The translations under genes were made by a program, and so were the position numbers. This document shows, piece by piece, positions 8,682-17,980 of a DNA stretch of 64,000 nt. How positions within the stretch are numbered: the first letter of the stretch is position 1; each line of letters begins with the position of its first letter. The DNA comes from Terriglobia bacterium (GTDB taxonomy: Bacteria > Acidobacteriota > Terriglobia > Acidiferrales > UBA7541). Location of the stretch: positions 2,464,001 to 2,528,000 of the forward strand of contig OY968796.1 of the NCBI GenBank assembly GCA_963695545.1. The letters are read 5' to 3'. Below the pieces are notes generated by a model, which had not been told where the DNA came from, did not search any database, and saw only the letters and a list, made by a program, of their open reading frames with translations.

Positions 8682-10037
8682 TCAGGCTCCCACGACGACT
8701 TCTTGCTTGGCGTCGTCGAACGTGACGCGCTTGCCGGTTTGGATCGCGGCGACGTTCATGCACAGCGCGATGGAGTGACTGTAGCCCGCGTCAATGCTGG
8801 CGTTGGGCGTCTTGCGGCTGCGCACGCACTCCATCCAGTTGCGCACGTTGGCGAGAGTCATCTTGTCGTCGCCGGTGTCGGCTGCGGTGGAAGCGCCTTG
8901 CGCGGGGTCGTCGGTGAGGCTGACGGTGGGCAATAGATTCGCTTGCATGTTCATTTCGGCGGCGGATCTCGCGGTCAGGCCACCGTCGGACGTGATCTTG
9001 TTGGTTACCAAATCGAGCGTGCCGCCGTTCGAGCGGTAAATTTCCTTCACGTCGCCGGCGGAATTGGTCATGCGCGAAGAATAGATCACCTGGAAACCTT
9101 TGGTCGGGTCGTCGAGCGGGCCGTAATCGAACACGGCGGTCATGGTGTCCCAATTCTTGCGGCCGTCTTTCCACACGTAGATGCCGCCATTGGCGACGAC
9201 GCTGCGGGGATGCGGAAAGCCGCTGAACCAATGCACGGTATCGATCTGGTGCACGAGCCATTGATCGGGAATGCCCGAAGAATACGGCCAGAACAAACGG
9301 AACTCGAGATATTTGCGCGCGTCGAACGGCGGCAATGTTTCCGGATGAAGCGGGGCCTGATAGCGCGCCCAGTCGGTGTCCTCTTCCTTCAGCAGCGGCA
9401 CAACGGAGGGGCGGCGCCAGCGGCCGGGCTGATTTACGTTCCAGGTCATCTCGACGCAAACGATGTCGCCGAATTGGCCGGACTGAATGAAATCGTGCGC
9501 TTTTTGGTACACGGGCGAACTACGGCGCTGCGTGCCGACGGCCACGATGCGGTCACTCGACTTCACGGCGCTATGGAACATCTTGGCGGCTTCCATGGTG
9601 TGCGCCGTTGGCTTTTCGACGTAAGCGTCGCGCCCGGCGTGCACGGCTTCGGTGCCGTGATAGGCGTGCTGAAAATCGGCGGTGGCCGCGAACACTGCGT
9701 CCACTTCTTTGTGCGCATAAAGCTCTTCGTTATTGCGCGCGGCAAAAATTTGCTTGCCGGTGAGTTTCAGCACGCCGGCCTGGGCTTGATCGCGGCGCAT
9801 GCTCCAGATATCGGAGACGCCGACGAACTCGAAATTCAACTCGTCGGAACTTTCATGGAACGCGGGCATCAGGCTGCTGCGGAAGCGGTCGGAATAGCCG
9901 ACGATGCCGACGCCGACGCGGTCGTTCGCACCGATGATGCGAGCGTAACTCGACGCGCGCGTGGCGAGCGCCGTGCCGGCGAGGCCCGCGCCCGCGATTT
10001 TAAGAAAATCTCTGCGAGAACTCGTGTTTATAGTCAT
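8682..10037 (-). CDS. Tat-exported Gfo/Idh/MocA family oxidoreductase
   Basis: SSRRDFLK twin-arginine signal, IIGANDR, AYVEKP, VGTQRRS. Confidence 0.9.
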   Translation of the reverse strand: MTINTSSRRDFLKIAGAGLAGTALATRASSYARIIGANDRVGVGIVGYSDRFRSSLMPAFHESSDELNFEFVGVSDIWSMRRDQAQAGVLKLTGKQIFAARNNEELYAHKEVDAVFAATADFQHAYHGTEAVHAGRDAYVEKPTAHTMEAAKMFHSAVKSSDRIVAVGTQRRSSPVYQKAHDFIQSGQFGDIVCVEMTWNVNQPGRWRRPSVVPLLKEEDTDWARYQAPLHPETLPPFDARKYLEFRLFWPYSSGIPDQWLVHQIDTVHWFSGFPHPRSVVANGGIYVWKDGRKNWDTMTAVFDYGPLDDPTKGFQVIYSSRMTNSAGDVKEIYRSNGGTLDLVTNKITSDGGLTARSAAEMNMQANLLPTVSLTDDPAQGASTAADTGDDKMTLANVRNWMECVRSRKTPNASIDAGYSHSIALCMNVAAIQTGKRVTFDDAKQEVVVGA

Positions 10038-10079
10038 GAGATCCTTCCTCGAATTAAATTCGCAGTTCTGGATCCGATT

Positions 10080-11861
10080 TCACAATTTCCCGAAACCTGT
10101 TGGGTCGGCGGGCAAAAGAGTTTTCTCTTTCACTTCGTCCAATTCCGTGTCTGGAACGCGCTTATTCTGGAACGCGCGAAAATCCGTGACGTTCTCGAGT
10201 GAAAACAGCGGGACGTTCGACGGGCCGCGCACATTGAAGAACTGCGCGCCATCAACTTCTGCCAGACCGAACGTCGGCCGCACATCCGCGGCCAGCGCGC
10301 GAATTTCCACATCGCGAAATTCGACATTCTTTGCGTGGCGAATGTAGAAACCGTTCGCGGGCATGCGCTGAAAACGGCCGGGCTCGGGATAGACGGTTTC
10401 ATCCTCGGCCGGCACAAAGGCCGCATCGTCCGCCGTGCCGCCGCCCTGATGCTGGATAAAGACGTCGCTGATTTTCACGTCTTCGATGAGGTGATCGGGA
10501 ATGCCCAGAATCATCGAGCAGAGTTTCGACGCCGAATTCGACACCACCACGTTGCTGATGTTCACGCGCCGCAGCACGCCGATAGCGGCGCCGGCCGGAC
10601 CGCGCATGCGCCGGCCGAGCCGGATGAAAATCGGCGCGCTCGAAACGTCGCGCATGGTGATGTTCGTGATGCTGAGATCTTCAAGCATCGCGCCGTCGAC
10701 GCTTTCAAGCGCGAGGCCCTGGCAATTGTCGAAGACGCAGTTCGAGATCGTGATGTTGCGGAAGCCGCCGTTCGATTCCGTGCCGCACTTGATGCGGCCG
10801 GTCTTGAACGTACGCTGGCCCGGAGGAAAGGGCTGCCAAGTTGCGTCCAGCATCGTGCCGAGTTGATAGCCGGCGCAGACGAAGCAATTCGCGATGGTGA
10901 GGTCGTCGCACGAGATCGCTTCGCCCAGCGCGTAGGAACTTTTCAGCACGATCGCGTCGTCCCACGGAGAATTCACGCTGCAATTCGAGATGTGCACGTC
11001 GCGGCAGCAATCGATGTCCATGCCATCGCGATTGGTGTCGATGCGCAGATTGTCGATGGTCAAATTGTCGACGCCGGTGGCCAGGATTCCGAAATGTCCG
11101 CCCTGCAGAATCGAAAAATCGCGCAGCGTGATATTTCGGCAGAGCTTGAGAGCGATGGATTTGTTGCCGATGCCCGGCGATTCGGCTTTGGGTTCGGGTC
11201 CATAACCTTTGCTCAAAGCTTTGCCCCAAATCCGGCCGGGGCCTACGATCGAAGCGTTTTCGATGTTTTCGCCCCAGATCAGGCTGTTGTGAAAATGATT
11301 GTGGCCGTAATCCTGAAAGGCTTCCCACTGCGTGTTGGGCTCGGCGGCATCGTATCCGCCGACGCCGTTCGCGGGAGTTTCCGCGGAGAGAATCGTCGCG
11401 CCGGGGCCGATGTAAAGCTGCACGTTGCTTTTGAGGTGAATTGAGAACGAAGCGTACGTTCCCGCCGGGAAGCGCACGGTACCGCCGCCCGCTGCGACTG
11501 CGGCATCGATCGCGGCGTTGATGGCTTGCGTGTCGAGCGTCTTGCCGTCGCCGGTCGCGCCGAAGGCTTTCACGTCGAAGACGCCCGCGGCGCCGGCGGT
11601 CGGGGCGGCAGGGTTCGTGCGCGCGGGCTCGGCGGAGGGTTGGGGCGCAGCGGCGGCGAGCGCCGGCTGCGCGAGCACTTCTTGCGCGGCGAGCGCGCCC
11701 AAGATTCCGCCGCCGACGGCCTTCATCAGGCCGCGGCGATTCACGCTGCCCGGCGAAGAAGGCTCGGCCGTTGGTTCCGCGGTTGCCGCGGTTGCTTCTT
11801 CCTGCGAATTGCGTGCGCTTGTCCGAGAGTCAGATTCGAGCGACATCAAATATCTCCCCAT
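10080..11861 (-). CDS. Glycoside hydrolase family 28 (polygalacturonase/rhamnogalacturonase-like), Tat signal
   Basis: NRRGLMK signal, FDVKAFGATGDGKTLDT, NRDGMDID, WDDAIVLKS, GRIKCGTES, and beta-helix repeats. Confidence 0.88.
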   Translation of the reverse strand: MGRYLMSLESDSRTSARNSQEEATAATAEPTAEPSSPGSVNRRGLMKAVGGGILGALAAQEVLAQPALAAAAPQPSAEPARTNPAAPTAGAAGVFDVKAFGATGDGKTLDTQAINAAIDAAVAAGGGTVRFPAGTYASFSIHLKSNVQLYIGPGATILSAETPANGVGGYDAAEPNTQWEAFQDYGHNHFHNSLIWGENIENASIVGPGRIWGKALSKGYGPEPKAESPGIGNKSIALKLCRNITLRDFSILQGGHFGILATGVDNLTIDNLRIDTNRDGMDIDCCRDVHISNCSVNSPWDDAIVLKSSYALGEAISCDDLTIANCFVCAGYQLGTMLDATWQPFPPGQRTFKTGRIKCGTESNGGFRNITISNCVFDNCQGLALESVDGAMLEDLSITNITMRDVSSAPIFIRLGRRMRGPAGAAIGVLRRVNISNVVVSNSASKLCSMILGIPDHLIEDVKISDVFIQHQGGGTADDAAFVPAEDETVYPEPGRFQRMPANGFYIRHAKNVEFRDVEIRALAADVRPTFGLAEVDGAQFFNVRGPSNVPLFSLENVTDFRAFQNKRVPDTELDEVKEKTLLPADPTGFGKL

Positions 11862-11888
11862 GCGTGGATTGGACCCGTGGAGTTGGAC

Positions 11889-12770
11889 TTACGAGAGCGC
11901 TCCGGCGTTACGCAAATCATCTTTCATGACTGCCCAACACATGCGCGTGGATTGCTCGGGTGTGCCGCCGCCGTGCCAATGCGTTTCGAGGGTGGTGGCA
12001 TAGTGATAGCCCATTTGCATCAGCGCGCGGAATTGGCCGACCCAATCGACCAAGCCTGTCCCCATCAGCGCCCACTCGAAGCCGCTGCCATCGGCTTTCT
12101 TTTTGCAATCTTTTACGTGGCAGTGGCCGATGCGCTCGTGCGGCAGAAGCTGCCAACCGCCGGGGAAAGGAATTTCGCCGTCCATCACGGCGTTGCCGGG
12201 ATCCCAATTCAGCATGAGCGTGGGCGTGGTGACGGCCGCAAGCGTTCTGGCGGCTTCGGCTCCGGTGGCCGTGTTGCACGAGGGCTCGTTTTCGAGGAGG
12301 AAGATCATGTTCTGCTTGCCGATTTTTTCGGCTGTGTCGCGCAACTTCACGTCCATCGCGGCACGATAGGGCGCGGGATCCGCGAGGCGCCAGAAATCGA
12401 AACCGCGCACGCGGTCGGTGTTGAACACGCGCGCGAGCTCGATCGAGCGCTCGAGAACTTCGTCCTGCTGATCGAAGGTGTAATCGGAATTGTAGGTAGG
12501 ATTCTTCGGGCTGAACTCCGATTTCGGAGCGCCGGGCCAATCGACTTTGAACAGCGGACTGGCGATGTTCGTCACGCGCAGATTGAAACTTTCGAGCGTT
12601 TTGCGCGCCTCGGCGATTTCGTTGGCGTCGAGCGCCAGAATATTTTTGTTCCACATGGTGCGGAGCTCGATCCAATCGAGACCGAACTCTGTGGAAACCA
12701 CTTCGCAGGCGTGGCCGAAGTCCTGGGTGATTTCGTCGGAGATCACCGAAACGCGGAAGGGCGAATTCAA
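11889..12770 (-). CDS. Sugar phosphate isomerase/epimerase (xylose-isomerase-like TIM barrel), cytoplasmic
   Basis: ISDEI, LENE, WDPGN, HCHVKD and LETH metal-binding motifs. Confidence 0.85.
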   Translation of the reverse strand: MNSPFRVSVISDEITQDFGHACEVVSTEFGLDWIELRTMWNKNILALDANEIAEARKTLESFNLRVTNIASPLFKVDWPGAPKSEFSPKNPTYNSDYTFDQQDEVLERSIELARVFNTDRVRGFDFWRLADPAPYRAAMDVKLRDTAEKIGKQNMIFLLENEPSCNTATGAEAARTLAAVTTPTLMLNWDPGNAVMDGEIPFPGGWQLLPHERIGHCHVKDCKKKADGSGFEWALMGTGLVDWVGQFRALMQMGYHYATTLETHWHGGGTPEQSTRMCWAVMKDDLRNAGALS

Positions 12771-13735
12771 ATCGTGTACCCCAACTTTTGTTCGACGTAA
12801 GTTTTGCTGATCTCGGCCGATTGCTTTGGCGTGCGCGAAGGATCGGTGGGGCCATCGAGTTCGATCACCGCCCAGCCGCGGAACTGAATTTCCTGAAGCG
12901 CGGCGAACACGGCGGGAATGTCCACCGTTCCCTGGCCGAGCTCGACGAAGCGGTAGGGCCGGTTATCGCTCTCCTTCGAGGGAGTCACGGTCACGGCGTC
13001 CTTGATGTGCAGGAAAAGAAGTCGGTCGTGATATTCCTCGACGGCCTTCGCGGGATCGCCGCCGGCCGCCCAATAATGCGCGATGTCGAGTTCGAGCTTT
13101 GCGTAGCGCGGATCCACGGCGTCGAAAATTTTGTCCACTTCGCCGGCGCTCTGCCCGAGCGAATACATGTGATTGTGAAATCCCAGCTGAACTCCGATGT
13201 CGGCGGTGCGCTTGCCGAGATCGGTGAGCATGTGGCCCATGTTCTTGTAATCGTCGTCGACGACCACGCGATTTTTCGGGCGCGCGCCGATCACTTGCAG
13301 ATAACTGCCGCCGGCGTCGCGCAGGAACTTCGCGTGGTCGGTGTGCAGCATCAGTTGGGCGTCCTCGGACGAATCCACGTCCAGTTCGCCGCTCGAAAAC
13401 GCCACGAGTTTCAATTGATGCTGATCGAGCAGATCGCGAAGGGCCTGCGCGCTGCTGTTGAACTCCTCGATCGCGTTCGTGCGCACTTGAATCCCGGGAA
13501 AGCCCAACGCGGCGATGTCGTCGATGGCCTGACGATCGTTACCGTTCCAGGTGATCGCGGCGTATCCCCAGCGAATCTCCGCGGGCGCCGGCGTCACCGG
13601 CGTTCTGAAGTACGACAAATCCACCGGCGGATAGAGCGGCGCGATGGCTCGAAGCGCAGGCGCTCCGAGAAGCGAGCCGGCGAAGGTGGCGCCTAGCGCG
13701 GCGATGAAGTCGCGGCGAGAAACGGGAAGCGGCAT
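12767..13735 (-). CDS. Tat-exported IolE-like TIM-barrel sugar isomerase/dehydratase
   Basis: SRRDFIA signal, YAAITW, GFHNH, LDIAH, LHIKD, ELGQG, VIELD. Confidence 0.85.
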   Translation of the reverse strand: MPLPVSRRDFIAALGATFAGSLLGAPALRAIAPLYPPVDLSYFRTPVTPAPAEIRWGYAAITWNGNDRQAIDDIAALGFPGIQVRTNAIEEFNSSAQALRDLLDQHQLKLVAFSSGELDVDSSEDAQLMLHTDHAKFLRDAGGSYLQVIGARPKNRVVVDDDYKNMGHMLTDLGKRTADIGVQLGFHNHMYSLGQSAGEVDKIFDAVDPRYAKLELDIAHYWAAGGDPAKAVEEYHDRLLFLHIKDAVTVTPSKESDNRPYRFVELGQGTVDIPAVFAALQEIQFRGWAVIELDGPTDPSRTPKQSAEISKTYVEQKLGYTI

Positions 13736-14207
13736 GGATTGTCTCCTGTGATGATGAGGCGATGAGCGTCAGTCTGTTGAGGGAATCTTGGTGCGCACGC
13801 GGCGATTTTGGAAGTCGAGGTCAATGTGGCCGGCTCTGACGGGGAGCTGGACTCCGCTGGCGAAACGCATTCTATCAAATCTCGCCGACGAAGGCCTCGT
13901 GTTTTTCGGCGTTTCGTGGGATTTTGAATCCGCGCGCGAGTTTCAGAAGGGAACCAGGAATAAAATGAGGCTCCGAACGCGCGCACGAGAACCTGTCGAT
14001 GCCGTCAAACCTCCGCGCAACGATTAAGGGCCGGAGCGCATCGGAGAACGAAGGCGCTGCGGCGTGCCGAGCGGTGTCCCCCGGAGGGAATTCAATCCGC
14101 GCCAGAACGGCTGTATAATTTTGCGCCCCGGTCGGGGATCTTCGCAGCGGGGATTCGGGACGGACGGATCCACCGAGGACGTCTGCTTGTACTCTTGGGA
14201 GGATGGA

Positions 14208-14822
14208 ATGCGGCGTTTGGTAATCTTGGTCGGAATATTTTTCGCAATTGCGCTGCCAGCGGCGGCTCAGAAACTGCCGAAATTTGAGGTTTACGGCGGG
14301 TACGAGTTCGAGCACTTCACCACCAGCGATAACAGCTCGGGCACCTTGAACGGCTGGAGCATTCAGCCGGCATACTATCCGTTCAAATTCCTCGGCGCCG
14401 TCCTCGATCTCGGCGACGAAGAGTCCCCCGGCTACGACCAGAACAATGGAACCAAGGTGGACGCAAGCACGCACTCCTATCATGCCTACATCGGCCCGCG
14501 GTTCCGGCTCAAACTTGGCCGCTGGACGCCCTTCGCTGACGTGCTCTTCGGCGGCGTCTATCGAACCGAGGAGACGAACACGGTTGCATATTTCGACTCA
14601 GTCACGGGTGATCCTGTTCCGACCGGCACCGAACTCTCCGCAGCGCAGTTTAACTTTGCGGTCCATGCCGACGGCGGAATCGACTTCAAACTGACTCATC
14701 ATATCGCCTGGCGTCTGGAGGGCGGCTTCGTGCATACCAACTACACCATCACCAACGCGGCGATCGCCGACCCGAAGCAGGACAACATTACCGCCAGCAC
14801 CGGAATCGTGATCCGCTTCTAG
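14208..14822 (+). CDS. Outer-membrane beta-barrel protein (OmpA/OmpW-like 8-strand)
   Basis: Signal peptide (..AAAQ), amphipathic strands (FEVYGGY, YIGPRF, PFADVLFG, GGIDFKL) and a C-terminal Phe. GGAGG RBS. Confidence 0.8.
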   Translation: MRRLVILVGIFFAIALPAAAQKLPKFEVYGGYEFEHFTTSDNSSGTLNGWSIQPAYYPFKFLGAVLDLGDEESPGYDQNNGTKVDASTHSYHAYIGPRFRLKLGRWTPFADVLFGGVYRTEETNTVAYFDSVTGDPVPTGTELSAAQFNFAVHADGGIDFKLTHHIAWRLEGGFVHTNYTITNAAIADPKQDNITASTGIVIRF

Positions 14823-15183
14823 ACGTTCCGCGTCGAGCGGGCCGAATCAATACGAATTCGCACCGAAAAGTACGATTCGAATCAACTTAGCTCGGCCGGG
14901 GGGCGCACTCCTCGGCCGAGAATTTTTTCGGGCCGGCGCTTTTCGTGCGCGCGTGAGCCGGACTGGGCGCAGTCGGAAGAATCCCGCGGCAATTCCATAT
15001 CCGAAACTGGCGCTGCTGGCTGGCCACCGGTTATATGGACACCGCCGTAAGGCGGTGCTAGCATCCGCAGCGTCCGCGGAATGGCAGGATGCAATACTGG
15101 GGGCGCCCGGACCGCACGAGGTACGTCGCAGGAGAGGTCGGAGATTTATCGCAAGCCAGATTTACCCATAGGGAGCCACCGCC

Positions 15184-16380
15184 ATGACGCTGACTACTAG
15201 GAGAGCCGATGCCGTGGCGAAGGCGCTTGAATCGTTTCAGATCGAGCTGCCTTCGTGGGGTTTCGCTAACACCGGGACCCGATTCGGAAAATTCACGCAA
15301 GCTGCCGCCGCTTCAACCATAGAAGAAAAATTCAGTGATGCCGGGCAAGTTCACAGCCTGACCGGAGTGTGTCCGACCGTCGCGCTGCACGTCCTGTGGG
15401 ATTTGCCGGAGGGCATCGCGAGCGTCGGGAATGTGAACGACCTCGCGAAGCGCTACGGCGTGCGCCCCGGCTCGATCAATCCCAACGTTTTTCAGGATCA
15501 GATATATAAGCACGGCTCGCTCGGCAATCCCGATCCCGCCGTGCGCGCCGCGGCTGAGAAGCATCTGCTCGATAGCGCGGACATCGCCACGAAGCTCGGC
15601 TCGCGCGACGTTTCGCTGTGGTTCGGCGACGGCTCGAATTATCCCGGCACGGCCAATATCCGCGCGCGCCGCAAATGGTTTGAGGAAGGCCTGCGGAAGT
15701 TGCACGATCGCCTTTCCGGCAATCAGCGCATGCTCGTCGAATACAAACCGTTTGAGCCGGCGTTTTATCACACCGACATCGGCGATTGGGGCATGGCGCT
15801 GTTGCTCTCAAAAGCCGCAGGTCCGCGCGCCAAGGTGCTCGTCGACACCGGGCACCACTACCAGGCGCAGAATATCGAGCAAATCGTGACCTGGCTATTG
15901 GCCGACGGCATGCTCGCCGGCTTTCATTTCAACGATCGCCGATACGCCGACGACGACCTCACGCTCGGCTCGATCGATCCTTACCAGATTTTCCGCATCT
16001 TCCACGAAATTAGTTTCTTCGAGTGGGAGACCAAGCAGCGCGCCGACATCGCCTACATGATCGATCAAAGCCACAATCTCAAAGGCAAGATGGAAGCGAT
16101 GATTCAAACCGTCATGACGGCGCAGGAACTTTTCGCCAAAGCCGCCATCGTCGATCACGAGCGCCTGGCCGCCGCGCAGTCGAAAGCCGAACTCGTGGAC
16201 GCGGAAAATTGCCTCAAGGACGCGTTTTCAACCGACGTGCGCCCGGCCATCCGCGATTGGGCCCGCTCGCGCGGCTTGCCCGAAGATCCGCTGAAGGCGT
16301 TCCGCGAAAGTGGCTACCTCGAGCGCATCACCGCCGAGCGCGCCAAGAAAAACGCGGCGGCTGTTTCGAGCTACGCGTAG
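15184..16380 (+). CDS. rhaI: L-rhamnose isomerase (TIM-barrel, RhaI type)
   Basis: IELPSWGFANTGTRF, VEYKPFEPAFY, LVDTGHH, FHFNDRRYADDDL, MIDQSHN. Confidence 0.9.
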   Translation: MTLTTRRADAVAKALESFQIELPSWGFANTGTRFGKFTQAAAASTIEEKFSDAGQVHSLTGVCPTVALHVLWDLPEGIASVGNVNDLAKRYGVRPGSINPNVFQDQIYKHGSLGNPDPAVRAAAEKHLLDSADIATKLGSRDVSLWFGDGSNYPGTANIRARRKWFEEGLRKLHDRLSGNQRMLVEYKPFEPAFYHTDIGDWGMALLLSKAAGPRAKVLVDTGHHYQAQNIEQIVTWLLADGMLAGFHFNDRRYADDDLTLGSIDPYQIFRIFHEISFFEWETKQRADIAYMIDQSHNLKGKMEAMIQTVMTAQELFAKAAIVDHERLAAAQSKAELVDAENCLKDAFSTDVRPAIRDWARSRGLPEDPLKAFRESGYLERITAERAKKNAAAVSSYA

Positions 16381-16411
16381 GTTTCGCGCCGCGGTAAGTT
16401 TGGCGCCGATT

Positions 16412-17914
16412 ATGACGCCGTCGACAAACCAGCTTTTGAGCGCCGCCCAAGAGTGGCTTCTGATTGCGGCTGCCAGGGCGGCGCTCGTCCTGCTCATCCT
16501 TCCTGCCGCCGCGCTTGCGCCATGTGCGCGCGCGCAAGCCCAGGCTATCGTGCCGGGCGCCGCGGCTACTGCCTCGACTGCGGGGTTCGCGAGTGTCACG
16601 ATTCAGTCCAGCCAGCCCGGAAGTGTCGGACAGGATTTCCATCTTCTGGCCGACCGCTTAATACTTCGAAATTACTCGCTCAAGGATTTGATTGCCTTCG
16701 GATTCGATGAGGAGAGCGCCCTGATAATGGGCCCTCCGACGCTCGACACCAGGTACAACGTCGACGCGAAGGCCCCTGGGCCCTTCCCCGCCGCAGGAAA
16801 TTATGACGATCGAGAAGCGGTCCGCGCGATGGTTCGCAAGATGCTCGCGGACCAATTTCAATTGCAGGTTAACCGGGTCACGCAATCGGAGTCCGCGTAT
16901 GTGCTGACGGCGGGACCCGGCAGCGCCTATATCGGAGTGGCACCTTCGAGCGAACGTGGGCCGCTCCTGATGGTCGGCCCCACTCTCTTCACCGCCTCCG
17001 CAGTGCGCATGCACGATATCGTCAAGCAGCTATCGGACCGCTGGGGCCGGCCGGTGATTGACAGGACCGGCCTGAAGCAACGCTATGACTTCATGGTGAA
17101 CTGGGATTCGCAAACAGGCTCGTCGGCGCCCGACGTTCAGCAGCCTACACAGCCATCCGATCCAAGCCCGGAAGCGCTCGCGGCGCAGTTCAAGACCAAG
17201 CTCGGATTGACGTTGAAGTTGGAGCAAACTCCCGTCGAAGTGTTGGCCGTGGTTCGAGCGGAATCGCCCACGGATCTCCTTCCCGCCCGCGCCACTGTGC
17301 CGATGGACGCGAAACAGTTCGAGCAGTTCGTCGGTAGTTATGCGCTGCCCTTGAACCTCGTCGTCGCGATATCCCGCGACGATATCCACTTTTGGGCGCA
17401 CTTTTCGGGGAATCCACGCCAGGAAATATTTCCGGCTGGGCCGCGCGATTTTTTCTTCGAGGACGGCGATATGCAGATTTCGTTTGACGTGGACGCGCAG
17501 GGTCGAGCCACTGGGCTTCATCTGCAGGACCGTGGCCGGAACATTTTCTCGCCGCGGGTGGATGATGCGACGGCCAGTCAAATGATCGAGGCACACTTTG
17601 CAAAGCTTCGGGAGAAGACCGCCACGCCCGGAGGCGAGCAGGCCGTCCGTCGATTGATGGCGGAACTGGCTAGCGGCAAACCGGACTACGATCAGATGAG
17701 TCCGTGGCTCGCGCAGGCCACGCAGCAGCAACTGCCCGTCTTGCAGCCGGCGATCGCCGCGTTAGGGGCGGTGGTTTCCGTCAAGTTCATGGAAGTGGAC
17801 CCAGAAGGAGAGGACGTTTATCTCGTGACCTGTGAACACGGGGCACTGGAATGGCTCATCGTTTTGTCGCCCGATGGCACGATCAACAACGCGGGTACCC
17901 AGCCGGCTCCGTGA
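16412..17914 (+). CDS. TIGR03435/DUF3738-family protein fused to a DUF3471-like domain and a further C-terminal domain
   Basis: SLKDLIAFGF, RYNVDAKA, MLADQFQL, GRPVIDRTGLKQRYDF, LGLTLK. Then FVGSYAL..EIFPAGPRDFF..ISFDVD. Confidence 0.75.
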   Translation: MTPSTNQLLSAAQEWLLIAAARAALVLLILPAAALAPCARAQAQAIVPGAAATASTAGFASVTIQSSQPGSVGQDFHLLADRLILRNYSLKDLIAFGFDEESALIMGPPTLDTRYNVDAKAPGPFPAAGNYDDREAVRAMVRKMLADQFQLQVNRVTQSESAYVLTAGPGSAYIGVAPSSERGPLLMVGPTLFTASAVRMHDIVKQLSDRWGRPVIDRTGLKQRYDFMVNWDSQTGSSAPDVQQPTQPSDPSPEALAAQFKTKLGLTLKLEQTPVEVLAVVRAESPTDLLPARATVPMDAKQFEQFVGSYALPLNLVVAISRDDIHFWAHFSGNPRQEIFPAGPRDFFFEDGDMQISFDVDAQGRATGLHLQDRGRNIFSPRVDDATASQMIEAHFAKLREKTATPGGEQAVRRLMAELASGKPDYDQMSPWLAQATQQQLPVLQPAIAALGAVVSVKFMEVDPEGEDVYLVTCEHGALEWLIVLSPDGTINNAGTQPAP

Positions 17915-17980
17915 GCGTTCCTTTCGCAACGTATCTGCGGTGTGAACGGGAATCGCGACCGCGTGAGTCGCGCCGCGCGC

